Source: Amoebidium appalachense (Eukaryota > Protista > Ichthyosporea). Taken from it: a DNA stretch of 64,000 nt. A program made the translations under genes and the position numbers. Shown here in pieces: positions 1 to 51,714 of the stretch. Each line of letters begins with the position of its first letter. Position 1 is the first letter of the stretch. The DNA lies in assembly GCA_963693365.1 (NCBI GenBank), contig CAVNZM010000011.1, positions 5,227,921 through 5,291,920 of the forward strand. The letters are read 5' to 3'. Below the pieces are notes generated by a model. The model was not told where the DNA came from, did no database searches, and saw only the letters and a list, made by a program, of their open reading frames with translations.

Positions 1-70
1 GGGGAGGGGGATTGGGGTGGGCTTCATGTGTGCAGTGGGGAGGGCGTTGGGTGAGGGGGTGGGGTGGGGT

Positions 71-102
<32 letters not shown>

Positions 103-112
103 CTGAATGTAC

Positions 113-38637
<38,525 letters not shown>

Positions 38638-38671
38638 TTTCTTTCAAACTTTAGGCACCCACGCTGCCTCT

Positions 38672-38682
38672 CCCATATAAAA
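38672..38682 (-). promoter_or_regulatory. TATA-like element upstream of the STAND-SelO start codon
   Basis: Minus strand reads TTTTATATGGG about 40 nt upstream of ATG 38637. Position is suggestive only. Confidence 0.3.
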
Positions 38683-39553
38683 TGAACAAATGAACACGCC
38701 ACAAGCTAACTTATCCTCTATACATTCCCTTGAGCTCTATCTAACTATAGCGGGCACTTCGGTGGTCTCTGAATATCGGGAGTCAAAAACACTGTCAAAG
38801 ATGCCACAACTGAACTTGAACAACTCGCTCCTCTGAGGTCTCCGTTAGTCACCCTATACTCCATTCCCCATTCATGAAAATTTAGTTCCTCAGCCATGAT
38901 ATTTTTTTTCTTTTGACTAGATTTTTTCGACGGAAAGATATATATGCAAGTATGCACGGCATACTGAGAAGACAATAAAACTTCACGAGTTATCCAGTAA
39001 CAAGTGCATACTGGGATACCTGAACACTGTGTGAAAATCATATAAATACTCAATGTGACGACCAACAGAATTCAACAAAAAGTCTAAAGTGTTCACATTG
39101 CCAGCTAGTGTAGCAGATACCCGGAGGGAAAGATATTGCATCATGATTTTTTGATCAAATATTGCAATCTATTGACGGACTTAATGGCTCTAAGTAAATA
39201 CATGTTCTCTACATTATATGACATCTAATAACATGCATAGGACAGTTTATGTAACTACTGCGCTCGAGTCGATTTTCATATCTATAAATAAAGGATTTCC
39301 CTTTGTTTTGAAAGTTGAAGATAAAAAATTGTGTTTTGTGTAGGCCGTTTGCTCTACCAATAAAAAGAGGGTGAGAGAGCGGTGTAAACAGCATGAAAAA
39401 TGTTTTCAAGTTTCACGTGTTAGTGAGAAGCCGATTTGTCATGTTTTAAATTTCAACTATTAAACAATTAATGTTGATGATACAATAACCACAATATATT
39501 TCTTTTATTTGAAAGTATAATTGTAATAGTCATTACAATCTATTAGTTTTTAT

Positions 39554-39716
39554 TTTTATCCCGTTTCACTCCCGGCTAGGCACTGCCTCAGGGGTGCTTG
39601 CCGTCTTCCGCCTATTTTAGACACAGATCGGTGTTTTATCCCGTTTCACTCCCGGCGAGGCACTGCCTCAGGCCTAGGAAGCTTGCCGTCTTCCGCCTAT
39701 TTTAGACACAGATCGT
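39554..39716. repeat. ~80-bp tandem duplication (intergenic)
   Basis: TTTTATCCCGTTTCACTCCCGGC..GGCACTGCCTCAGG..GCTTGCCGTCTTCCGCCTATTTTAGACACAGATCG occurs twice. Confidence 0.9.
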
Positions 39717-40081
39717 ACTGTATAGCACACTACAGACACACTCGTGTCATTACATTCTATTAGAGCTGGCCTATTACCTACCTATAGGGCCTATTCTTTT
39801 CCGTCCGGCGCTTTCTAAATGTTTTTACTAGCCTCTCATGTATGACGTTTCAGGCCTTGCTCTTACTGGCAGCTGCTTGCCTGGTTCTAAATATCCAGCA
39901 TATATAACTCTATGGAGCTTAAATTTTTTTATATATAATACAAAAAATAAAATTTCTATATTGTAGATTTCTATGTGAACTAAGCAGCTGGTGGCGCCAG
40001 ATCTACAGCCTTCTGAAGTATGTCGAATCTGACTATGCAAACCAATTTGATCGCGCTCATCCCTGGGCATTCAACCTGCTA

Positions 40082-40708
40082 TGATGCACCGGGACTAGGC
40101 CTATAGACCTGTACAGATTTTCATCCAATAACTTTGGTTAGAAAAGAGATTTTTTTCAAGCGGAGACCGGCAAACTGATCACCGCCCCAAGTTACGCAAG
40201 GAACTGTAGCTAACTCAAAACCTACCATATATGGTTATTTTTTTTACTATTGTTTGCGTTAAAATTAGTCGGGTTCGCCCGGAACTCGTTCGAGCTACAC
40301 CTTGGTGCGTGACAAAATTTGTTTTGAGAAATAATTTTTTTTCGAAAATCTAATCCGGACGATCGCAAGATCTATTTGAGCTGAGTCGATTGCCGTAGCT
40401 ATAGTTTTCATTGCAGTATTATCCCCCTATGGATTGTTATTGATTTTCCAAAAATTCGCCCAATTTTTTCGTCAATTAGTAAGTATTTTTTTACATTCTT
40501 TTCAGGAAAGAAAAACGATATCAAAATTTTGACAGGGGAATATCTTTATCTGTCGAGCTCTATCGATAGACTCCTTTCCCACCCGCGTAGGCAATGTCCA
40601 CGCAATAAAAAGTGTGTAAACCCCAATTCCAATAGCGACCGGGGTAAGCGATCGAATTTCGATCGAAAATCATTGTTGTTTAGACAGGTGTAGAGACCCG
40701 GTGCATCA
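40082..40708. mobile_element. Non-autonomous TIR element (MITE-like), copy 2, upstream of the STAND gene
   Basis: Perfect 12-bp TIR TGATGCACCGGG / CCCGGTGCATCA; same orientation as and clearly homologous to 13080-13652; no coding capacity. Confidence 0.85.
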
Positions 40709-42754
40709 AACCCGCGGGGCGCGAATGCACCGGCTCGACCCCGTTTCCTTTTTGGCCCGACTACGCTGATTGGCCCGATTCTTCTATTTTGAAAATTTGA
40801 ACGCGGCAAACCTGCGTCACAGCGGCCACACTCGTGTCCAACCGTCGAGCGACCGTGACAAATTTCTTGCTACAGCCATGAGGTAGCCTTAGCATTTTGC
40901 TCGAAGTGAAGTTCACATGCATTTTGCTCGAATGGTAGTTCCATGGGATGAGGGACGAAGCCAACTTGTGTGCTAACGGCACTCGCTTATGGTATACTGT
41001 AAAAGCACGTCTGTTTTCGTGAGTTCTCTTTTTCCAATTTGGATTTTGCACACGTGCGAGTCAAACGACAGCCTGGCAAGCACAAAGATCGAGCTGCCAC
41101 ACAGGTGGCACTCTAATGATGCACGCGCATATGGAAAGGGCCTAAAATTGACGCTATATTATTTTTTCTCTTACGCCATCGACCGGACACTCTAAGTACA
41201 CAAACCTATTTCGCCTTGACTGGCGATTCAGCCTTCTGGGGTCCGGGAAGGGTGGCGGCCAACTCTCTACACGCCCAACAGTTGCCAGCAAGGTAAGTCA
41301 CATGACTTGCTGGTGTGTCATCTATCTTGTTCCATGTCTCTAGCAAAGCATATTCGGTTGAGGAACACTGCTGTATTCCGCACTCATCAATGTTTCGCGG
41401 TTATGCGTGTGTGACCTGCCTACACATACCAGCTTCCATGTCTGGAGTTTGTGGGGAGCTCACAAATCATGAAACTTTCTGCTGTTGATGCTTCGGTTTT
41501 GTTATGCGTGTGCTTCTCATACCACTTTTCTGCTTTTGTTTAGAGTTTGTGGCTGTCCCTCATGCTGTGGGAAGGTTTTTTCTCAAAAGTAACTAATTAT
41601 CATATTGGCTAGTGCACCTGTGTGATATGGTGGTGCCCCCTGTGTACGATATTCCCTTGTTTTGCGAGTATAATGCTCGTAGTACAGCCTCGTGGTACTA
41701 AAGGTGAACTGTTTTGCAGGCCATGGCCACATGGAAAACTCCTGACAAACGTGCCACTTACCTATACACAACTTGACATGCCCTACGTTTCTCTAAGTTC
41801 TTGTGTTTTCTTTTATAATAAATATGGGCGCATCCCTTCGTCTGGTTTCTTTTTCAAGCCTTTTTTTTGGGTGGGGGGGAGAGGGGAGGGGGGAGGAAGG
41901 AGGGGGCGGGGGGGGGGGGGGGGGGGGGAGGGATGCACGACACAACTACACTTGTGAAGCATGTGTTTGGTGTGTTGTGTGACCGGTCTAGACGTCTGGG
42001 TGCTTGTTTTTGGGCTTGGAGAGTGCACGTGATGGGTTTGTGGGGGGGGGGGGGGGGGGGGGGGGAGAAAGGGTACTTCTTCGATGCCTTGTCCGTGTGT
42101 CGTAGGGGCTCCAGGCTAATTAGTGCACGTGAACCTGTGAACCGGTACCGACTCAAGCACCCTAGCCTCCTTACAGTTTACAACAATGAGGCAGGGTTTG
42201 GCCTTGTTAAGGCGAGAAGGCAAGCAGATCTTGTTCTATTGTTGTTGCTGACTTTTTTTTGGGGAGGGGGGGGGGGGGGATAGTGTGTCACAATCATACA
42301 CGTGCACCGTTCTTTATTTCGCCTAACAACCTCTATATGTCAGTTGTCTATGTGCTACCTGCGCAGGCCAGGAAGAAAGGGAAATGTACCTCTCAGCACT
42401 AAGGCCCACCAAGAGTTCATTATATTTTGCAGGTACAACACAACAACCATAGTATTCCCAACACCTCTTTGTAATAGGCACTCCCGTTACTGACAGAAAC
42501 CAAAGCCTCCTAATTGGACTTCTATATAGGAGGCCTTGACAGAAACCCAACAAGGTAAGAAATCCACTTCCGAGCACATCGTGGCGCCTACAAACACCTG
42601 CTCGTAAAGCTAAATAGCCAAGCAACCAAGAAACGAACAAAAAAAGAGGTGCTATTAGTTCGTATGTGTACACTGCACTCCACCTAACCGTTCGCCCAGC
42701 CCTCTCACACAAAAACGTGGAAGTATTTTTCATTTCCCCCCCCCCAGTGATCAT

Positions 42755-43465
42755 TTAAAGATTCTCCTTGTACCAAAGGTTTTCAGTTGCCATTTCGCTA
42801 TCCGGGTACTTCTTGATGATGTTCATCACCTCTTCTGGTGGGTTGAGGCCATATTTTTCTGCCCTCTTCCAGCGGTCAGCACGGGGCACCCCTACACACG
42901 GCCCGAAGGTCATGTCAAGGTCGAATGAGCGCAGGACTAACAGCTCGGCTTCGGATGGCTCTGGCTCGTGGCTGATTTCGGGCTCTGTTTGTGGAAGACA
43001 AGCAAATTAGGCAACGGAAAAGGAGATGGGTAGCGAAAATCACAAGGAGTCCTGAACAACGAAAATTGGTTCAGAGGATCAAAGCTGTTCCTTCTCCTGT
43101 GTTTGTTCTTTTTTATAAAATTCTCCTTAAACTTCCTTTTTATTTTTATTTTATTTTTATTTTTTCCCCACAGTGACACACACCCCAAAATGAAACAGAC
43201 AAAACTAGGAAGCCTACAAAAAAAAACTAAGGTCCTTTTGTGCATGTGGGCACATTGTCCTCTCCGAGAGCACATCGTGCAACATTGTGTCCGCTGTGTG
43301 TGAAAGGCGTCGGGAGAGGGGAAGGGAAGAGAAAAATGGGCGGCGCTTACTTGGGATGGAAGGGACCGTGACGATGTGCTGCTTGCGTATGGGCTCGTTC
43401 TTAAGCTTCTGCTGCCCCGGGGTGGACTTGCGCACCTTGCTAAAGTGTTGGTCGAGAGTGGCCAT
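42755..43465 (-). CDS. POLD4: DNA polymerase delta subunit 4 (p12/Cdm1), 2 exons, 114 aa
   Basis: Exon 43351-43465 (MATLDQHFSKVRK..., donor GTAAGC) plus exon 42755-42984 (LRSFDLDMTFGPCVGVPRADRWKRAEKYGLNPPEEVMNII..NLWYKENL*). Matches the p12 signature L..FD....GPC.G..R..RW.RA...GL.PP.EV. Confidence 0.94.
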
Positions 43466-43762
43466 TTTGATGATCTATTGCAATGATTTCTGTGTGGACG
43501 AAACGCCAAAAGGGAAGGGGGGATTATGTTTCACGGCGGTTGCTGCAACGCTACACAAAAACGCTGGGAGAGAAATAAATGTGGATAAGAAGAATAAAGA
43601 AAAGGGCGAATGTACAAAGCGATGTGTACTTGTATCTTTCTCAGTTGTGCTCTGCAGCTGTGCTGTGCGCTGACCGCCAAGGTACGAAGAGACCTGCCTA
43701 TAAATTCTTTTTTTCTGCAAATTACCCCTTGGCGTCATTTTCGCCGCCTGTGCAGTTTGCTA

Positions 43763-43770
43763 TGACGTCA
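43763..43770. promoter_or_regulatory. Perfect CRE palindrome TGACGTCA about 300 bp upstream of POLD4
   Basis: TATGACGTCATA at 43761-43772 in unique sequence 5' of the POLD4 ATG. Function unproven. Confidence 0.3.
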
Positions 43771-44098
43771 TAATCTTTGGTGGGGCGTCGAAAATCAGAA
43801 CTAACGGTCACATCGCCGAGTTAAGCGATCGATCTGTTTCTTGAAGTACACTAGTGCTCTCTGGAGGACAAGCCTTACTACTGGCAGCCGGAGTGTGCAC
43901 GTGGCACATTTGCTTCTTCTCAGGTTGAGGAGTCTCTGCAGCACGCTCAATAATTAGTGTGTTGTGTAGCTACGTTACAAGTACAAACGATAGTAACCTC
44001 CCCCCCGCACCCCCCCCCCCCCCCCCCAACTTCCCCCTTCCCCCGGCCCCGCGGTCACACGCACACACACTGTTCTTTCTCTCTCTCTCTCTCTCTCA

Positions 44099-44133
<35 letters not shown>

Positions 44134-44261
44134 CCCCCCCCCCCCCCTCCGGGATGCCCCGATGCCAACTTACCCCAATCCTTCTAGCTATAGCTACCAC
44201 ATCCCCGATGTCTCCTTTTCACCTTGGGCGCCAGTGAAAGCTGCGGCTCACAGTAAATATA

Positions 44262-44296
<35 letters not shown>

Positions 44297-44784
44297 GGGG
44301 AACACACATACACACACTTCTTTCCTTCTCTCTCTCTCTCTCTTCTCTTCTCTCTCTCTCTCTCTCTCTCCGCCACCACCCTAGCACTACCACCTCTTTC
44401 CTGTTATCTCCTCCTCTTCACCTTACCCCCACAGAATGCTTCGGACACAAACGCCACAGGGTCACCGTTTGGCAACTTGTGACATCCTCCAACACCAACC
44501 ATCCTTCCTCCAACTGGTGATGTTCTTCGAGCCTAAAGCCTGTAGCTATCCGTGCAATACCACTTTGGTAACAACCACTTTCAGTCTCAAACTATGTGCA
44601 TTTTATTCTCACACTAGTATTAGCACCATATTAGCGTGCAATAAACCTTGTTTTTGCAAACATGGTTCGCCGTAAACTTGTGTTCCTGGTACTTGATAAT
44701 CATCCTTGGCTGAGCTATAAACTTTTTGTGGAGTGACTGGCCCCGCGGCTATGTTTTTCCTTGTGGTCACAAGCCTCCCAGCGC

Positions 44785-44905
44785 GGGGGAGGGGGGGGGG
44801 TTTGAATGCGTCAAAAAGTACGAAGTACACAAGGACAAACGGATAACACGATGCAGAATGCAAGCCATACATAAAGAGTATGCATAATAAGCAGAGCCCA
44901 TCCTC
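44785..44905. repeat. Dispersed ~120-bp repeat, copy 2
   Basis: Near-identical to 12240-12357, same orientation. Confidence 0.85.
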
Positions 44906-45343
44906 AGGGGGGGCCCACGTCATCCACATTACCCGAGTTTCGACCTATTCACCTCGTTAACGAAACCCAACTCAGATGCTGTTTCACTTAAACATGGGTA
45001 GGTCACCCGTCTTGATCAGAGACGAGCAGGGTTGTTTATGCAGGCAAGGGCAGTGGGAAAGGCCGGGGGTTAAAGCTGCAGCGGTAAGCAGAAGCAAGAA
45101 AAATATAGATAGGAACTCAGGAGACGGGGCTTCTAGGAAGCTCCCCCGTCGCTACCTACGTCGATACTTCCCTGGCTAACTTATACTACACCATGGCCAG
45201 CTGAAAAGAATTAAGTCCCGAAGGCCGCAGAATTCAGTGTGTCTATAGCTATGAAAGGGGGTATGCAGAAGTGGACAGATGAAGTGTGTGGAGACAAAAA
45301 TAGTAAGAAGAAAAGTAGACACCGGTATGTGCAACCCCGCACA

Positions 45344-45374
<31 letters not shown>

Positions 45375-45945
45375 TAAATAAGCGAAGATTACAGGTAATC
45401 AACCAGAACAACAAATGACAAGCAAAACAACAGGCGCCAAAAAAAAAAAAAAAAGAGAGAGAGAGAGAGAGGAGGGGGGGGGGGGGGGAGGGGGGGAGGG
45501 GGGAGGGGGGTCTTAGGGATGCTGCAGAATCGTCAGATATTAGACAAATCGTACCAATACGATTTTTCTCTCATATATGAGAGAAGATTGTGACTAACGA
45601 TGTGCAGAGCTGGTTAAGACCTGTTAAGTGTGCAGAGAAAATGGGAGGGGAAGGGGGGGGGGGGGGGGGGTGAAGTAAGAGAGGGGAGGGAATTTCAGAG
45701 TGTCAGTTGTCTCAGGGGACCCTGCAGAGTCGTTAGATATCAGACAAAAACGCACCAACAACCAAGTTCTCCAAGGGGAGAAATGCGTAAAACGTTCTCA
45801 CTCAGAGTGTATACAGGGTTTGGCCGGGGGGAGGGGGGGGGGGGAAGGGGGGGAAAGAAGGTAGGAGGGGAAGGGGGGGAGTAGGCCGGGGAAGGGCGAA
45901 AGGAGGGGAGGGAGGGGGGGGGGGGGGGGGGGGGAGGGAGAAGGG

Positions 45946-45983
<38 letters not shown>

Positions 45984-46029
45984 GGGGGGGGGGGGGGGGG
46001 GAAGGGAGGGGAGGGAGGGAGGGGGAAAA

Positions 46030-46064
<35 letters not shown>

Positions 46065-47393
46065 GGAGGAGAGAAAAAAAAAAAAAAAGACCCCCCTGTG
46101 GTGGACAGATCAGAGACGAGAGCTCCATTTCAAAACTTACCAGGCAACCCAAAAAACTTAGCCGGCTGAGAAAGAAGAACGGCGGGGGAATTGTTTGGGA
46201 AAAGGAGCGGGGGGAGAGAGGGGGGGGGGGGAGGGGGAGGGGGGAGAGAGGGGGAGAGGGAGAGAGAGAGAGAGGGAGGGAGAGAACGAGAGAGAAAGAG
46301 AGAGAGAGGGAGACAGAGAGAGAGAGAGAGGGAGGGAGAGAGAGGGGAGGGGGGGGGGGGGGGGGGGAGGGTGGGTAGGGGCTGGTAGGGGGGGGGGGGG
46401 GGGGGGGGGGGGGATCGGGATAGAGTGGGGGACTAGGGAGTGTTGATCTTTTTAGTGATGATGGAGAGGATGTGAGAGGAGTGAACGCCACGGTATATGT
46501 GCGGGTGTGTGGCGAGAAAGCTGTGCATTTTGTGGTGCAAGAGTCTAAACGAGTAGCCTTTGTTAAGCAATGTTTTAGCAAGTCGTGCAGTGCATGTGGT
46601 GAATGCAGCAAGTGTGGAGCATTTGCGCTGGTAGCTATGCATTTGACTTGTCATGATGCCGTATTTTGCAGTGCGGGAGATGAAACGAACGATTTCTAGT
46701 GTATTGAACGTGGGTGTGTCGAGCTTGTTGTAGATGGTTGTGTGAATGCCGTGATTAGTGCAGGTGATATGCAAGTCGAGGTAGGGGACAGAGGGGGAGG
46801 AACCGGCCGGGTTGAGTTAAAGGCTGGTCTTGGGATATAGACCGAAATCACAATCTTCTAAATAGAGGTGGGAGAGATGCAAGGATTTTGGGGGGGGGGG
46901 GGGGGGGGGGGGGCAGGCCATGAAACTTGCATGCAAAGCAGCGGAGGGAATGTTTTCTTCAGTGGAGTGGTATACGTTGGTATATCGAAAGAGGCAAATG
47001 TGAAGGGAGGTTATTGTGGTATGCATACATAGTGCTCCTTACAAACGTTACAACGGATCGTCAGAGCGGGGCACGGATGATATGCAAGGCACGGATGATA
47101 TGCAAGAAAGAAGTTCAACACAAAAGTTCGCACGGGGAGCTGGACAGAGCTGGACAGAGAATGTCTGCAGGTGTTCCATGACTGTTTCATATTGGCAGAG
47201 GGTTACGGTAATAAAATATCTAAGTACAGTCCTAATAATTACTTTGACACTTCAAGTAGGTACAGTTCTAATAGCTATGTACACTACGTGACATAGGTTA
47301 CCGCACAAAATGGCACCTGCCGGTTCGGTTGCCGCACAAAATGGCACCTGCCGATTCGAAATCATCTCACTCTTCGAAAATAAACTTTGATAA

Positions 47394-49320
47394 TCAAAAG
47401 TCATCCAAGCAATAACCCTCCCTGTCGCATCCCTGCACATCATACCCTTTTCTATTGTACCCCTCCCTATCGTACCCCTCCTTACTGTATCCCTGCTTAT
47501 CATATCCCTCCCTATCGCAACCCTCTCTATTGTAACCCTTCTTATTGTACCCCTGCCTATCATATCCCTCCATGTTGTAGCCCTTCTTATTGTATCCCTG
47601 CCTGTTGTACCCCTGTTTGTCGTACCCATTCTTATCATAGCCATCTTTGTCCCATTTGGGAGTTTTGGACGGTTTGGTCGGCTTCTTGGTCGGTGTTGGC
47701 TTCTTCGTTTTCGTTGGCTTTGCTGAACCTACACTTCCAGTCTTGCTTGGTGTAGGTGTAATAGTAGGGGTGGCGGTTTTGCTTGGTGTCACCATGTTAG
47801 CCATGGGCGTTACCGCTGCCGTAGGAGCAAAGAATGATGACGTGGTTTTGGGTTTCTTGGTAGTTGTCGGCTTGACCTGGAGCGCCTGCAGTTGTTGTGT
47901 TGGTTTGTTGACAACAACAACGTTTGACGGAGCTGGTTTAGCGGTCGACTGGGCGATGGGTATGAAGGGGGCAGAAACCTGCGGTGTTGCTGTGGGAAAC
48001 ACGTAGTTGATGCTGGGTGTTATTGTTTTTGTTGCTTGGGGAAAGATGACCGAAGGAAAGGGGTTTGTGCTCGGTACCGGTACAGGAGCCGGTGCTGGGA
48101 CGAAAGCAGGTGCCGGGACGGGTACGGGTGCCGGTGCCGGAACCGGTGTTGGAACGAAATCCAATGGTGTAGCCTGAACAAAGGGAGAGGGGGTGGCTGG
48201 TTTCGGTGTAACCTGGACAAATGGAGCCTGGGACGAGATATAAACAGGTGCTTGAACGGAAACAGGTGCTTGAACGATGGTTGGTGTGGGAGGAGGCGGC
48301 AGGATGTAAGTTGGAAGTGGTGGCGGGGGTGGGGTCAACCCCACACTCGGAGCTGCCGTGGGAACGATAGGGGACAGCGCTACACCGGTGGTGACGGCCG
48401 TCGGGCCACCAACATTCACTGCTCCAACAGGGACGCTTTGCGCTGCTGGTGTTGGTGCCGGTACTGGATTTCCTACCGCGGGGGGCTTTACTGCTGTAAC
48501 TATGGCCCCCCCTGTGTTAGCAGGTGCAAGGGGGGTGCTGATAACCACAGCCACCACTGGTTGACTGGGTGCCGGTGCCGTCCCGGGCTGATGGCAGGCA
48601 GTCCATTGAGCGTCGGTCTGCTTCACGTCCACACAGTTCCTGCAAGCGGGAAGGGTGTGTATAGTCAGATGTCATAATCATTGCCACGGAGAGAATACTC
48701 TGGTATGGAGGAGGGGTATGTGACACGCACATAACTTTGGTGGAGCACTATATGGGGTGGTTGCCCGAAGCTATGGGACGAAGAAAGATGCAGAGAAGCA
48801 GGCGCAGAAAGAAAAAGATACATAGGATAGTAGAGGGTATGGAGATGGTTTATGAGTACTTCAGCCTAGTTTGGAATCATTCCGCCTGTCGACTATTTAG
48901 ATCTTGTTCCTAGGAGTAGAGAAGAAAGTGTGCTTACCAGTTGATGCAGATGTAGGGATCGTTCGGGTTGGTAAGGCAGTAGTTATTATCGCTGCAGAAT
49001 GGCTCGGTGGCCCGCGTTACACAGTAGTTCGGGTCGCACTTTGGGTCCTCAGGATTCTTGTAACATGGGTCTTTGCATCGTACATCGGTGACACCATAGC
49101 GTGCACAGGAATTCCCACAGGGCTCATCCGTCGGGTTTTGCTGGCAATATTTATACGCCTGTTCCACGGTGGTTATCTGTGAATATATCGATGATGTTGG
49201 TGTGGCGGCAGGGACTGGGGTTGCAGCCTGTCTAGCTACTTTGGTAGGTAGACAATCCACTGTAACTGCCCCTGCAAGGGCGATTGAGATCCCTAACAGC
49301 GTGCGTGAGTTTAGGCCCAT
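47394..49320 (-). CDS. Secreted protein: signal peptide, Cys-rich region, Pro/Thr/Ala/Val mucin-like stalk, C-terminal GY[DN]xx pentapeptide repeats
   Basis: Exon 48938-49320 ([23 protein letters not shown]..., several C..NP.D/EP.C units, donor GTAAGC phase 2) joins in phase to exon 47394-48639 (PTPVPAPAP stalk; [21 protein letters not shown]...). An extra small exon near 48700-48770 is possible. Confidence 0.85.
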
Positions 49321-50854
49321 TGTGGTGACCTGTGTTGTAATCAGGCCTATTGTCTAGCTTTGAGATGCTTCTGCCATGGATGTAAAAGTCAACAATTTAT
49401 AGACTATTCTCTCTAAGCATGTATGAGACATAAACCTGCACTATGTTTTTTGTAAGTATAATGAAACCCCATGCTGTGCACACGTGTGGAACTGGTGAGC
49501 GAGCTCGTTGTGTTGTGTCGCCTTTTGTTCATGTTGATCCTCTGTGTAACACCGTGCTAGATTCTGCAATCTGCATCCACTCAAAAAGCAGGGTGGCACC
49601 TTTTGCATTTTGTTTATTCAATAGGATCTTGTACAAGTCATGCGTAAAAAGTGCCGGCCGCGATTCAGTTCTGATCATTACAACACACTACTGTCAGTGC
49701 AATACTGTGTGGTAGAAATTTGATATTTATGATGTTAGAATTATGTCAATATTTATGTAACTTTATCTATGTAATGTACTTCTTTTTCCTGCTTGCAAAA
49801 GATTTATAACAAAGTAACACGCATTACATGCTCATATCATGTGTGGGTGGAGCATGTTGCACTTATTGAACGGCGATATGTCAGTTGACCGTTGCAGCTC
49901 ATTGGTAGTCCACACAATTGTTTGCGATTGGCGGACTAGTATAAAAAATAGTCGACGTGATCATGATTCATGACATCAGCGCTGCAAAGTCAAATACACA
50001 GGCCTCCCTTCATAAAGTTTTTTTTTTCAGGAATGAAGATGTTTTGGGCATTTTGTAAGCCTTTCTTTTGCTGTTGGGATATGTCGCACGGCTGTGACCG
50101 GCCTGGCAGGCTGGCACTCGGATCACGACTCGAAGTCGAAGATCAAGTCGGAATTCTTGGCGCTGCATGATTTTTACGCAAACAGTTTGGCGCGCTTTTT
50201 GCAGTAACTTTTTTTAGGTCGGACTTGCTGACAATTTGCTGAGAGCTGCAAGAAGCTCTCGTCAGCCCGCCTGCGCATACAACTTGACAAGGCTCAGTCG
50301 CCAGCCGGCGTTCCTGTGGGTTGAAGTGTCTTTCGGAGCATGTTATAACAGTGAACTTTATCTACTTTTACGCTTAGAAGGTTGGCGTGGTCGTCTTGCG
50401 GCGTGGAAATAAGGGCCTTTGCTAGGCGATCCAGGTAACCAAACAAGATTTTTTCCGTTCTGCTTGCCTGCCAAGTATGAAGATGCTGCAGCACGGTGCC
50501 ATCGTTCTGTGTATGCGCGAGGGCCGGCTTATTCTGGTGCTTGAATGTTGCTGCGTTTCACAAATATTCGCTCCGCGCTCCTTTTGTGCCCGTGCCCCAG
50601 TCTGGCTTGAAATAATACGGAACCTGCATAGGCTTTTCTTTGACTCGGTTACTCCTCTCTGATACTTGCCCGGCATTCGGTTCTTTTCAGTCCCTGTTAT
50701 TTACTTTTTTTACACGTCATGCAACACGAGCCCTTTTTACGATGAGAGGCATCACTAGGTGGCTGTAGTGCACACCGAGCGAGTGCGAGGCAAATGGCTT
50801 CGAAGCATAAGCGTACAAAGATGGTCGTAGTGAGGGCATGCTGCTTGAAAGAGC

Positions 50855-51110
50855 AGAGAAGTGGAAAGTCGTACGAAGGCTTGAAGAGGAGGAGAGATGG
50901 GGACTGGCGGGCGAGACGGGGGGTGCGGGGGGAGGGAGAACGGGAAGTGGCGGGGGGGGGGGGGGGGGGGGGGGGGAAAGAGGGAGGGGGGGGGAGAGGG
51001 AGGGAGGGGGGGGGGAGAAGTGGAAAGTCGTATGAAGGCTTGAAGAGGAGGAGAGATGGGGGCTGGCGGGTGAGACGGGGGGTGCGGGGGGAGGGAGAAC
51101 GAAGAGGGCG
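50855..51110. repeat. Duplicated purine-rich unit separated by G-runs
   Basis: GAGAAGTGGAAAGTCGTA.GAAGGCTTGAAGAGGAGGAGAGATGGGG.CTGGCGGG.GAGACGGGGGGTGCGGGGGAGGGAGAACG occurs twice. Confidence 0.85.
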
Positions 51111-51623
51111 GGGGGGGGGGGGGGGGGGGGGGGGGAAGAGGGGAGGGGGGGAGGAGGGGGAGGGGAGGGGGGGGGGGGGGAGGGAGGGGGAGGAGAGGGG
51201 TAGGGGGGTGAAAAAGTGATTGAATCAGAGGTTATGTGGGTGTGTGTGCGTGTGTGCGTGTAGGGGCGATGAAATGGAAATGTGGGGGAGGAGGGAGGGA
51301 GGAGGGTTGAAGACATTGTTGGCACAACGTTAAAGGCCGAAGAAGTGCTCGACTCGAACAAGGGAAAGGCAATTAGTTGTTGTGCAACTTCTAAGCAAGC
51401 GAATCTATGCATCTGCTTGTGTTTGTTGCATACACGTTCATCTGAGAGCTTCCAGCAAGGAACGGTTTGGATATCTACGGAATGGTTTACTTTTTGTATT
51501 GTATACTCACATGTCCACTGCCACACTTCAGGTCATTTTGTGGTTGCCCGTTTCCTTGCACTCTCTGTGTGAACTTTTGGACGTGCCCCCATAGATCTTT
51601 GACGTTGGTGCTCACGTTGATGG

Positions 51624-51713
51624 TTCCTGCTGAGTTTTTCGTTAACAACCCGCTTCTCACTGCAGAAATTCCTGCTGAGTTTTTCGTTAACAACCCGCTT
51701 CTCACTGCAGAAA
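51624..51713 (+). repeat. Exact 45-bp tandem duplication immediately before the API5 ATG
   Basis: TTCCTGCTGAGTTTTTCGTTAACAACCCGCTTCTCACTGCAGAAA x2, then C-ATG. Confidence 0.92.
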
Positions 51714-51714
51714 C

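Noticed and set aside
41270-42493. Possible plus-strand spliced gene (GTAAGT donor near 41293, acceptors near 41719, 42105, 42366)
   Set aside because: Candidate exons did not join in phase and show no recognisable motif; a noncoding transcript cannot be excluded.
44436-44760. WRLCPKHS on the minus strand resembling a THAP motif
   Set aside because: Other THAP residues are absent and the frames are interrupted by stops.
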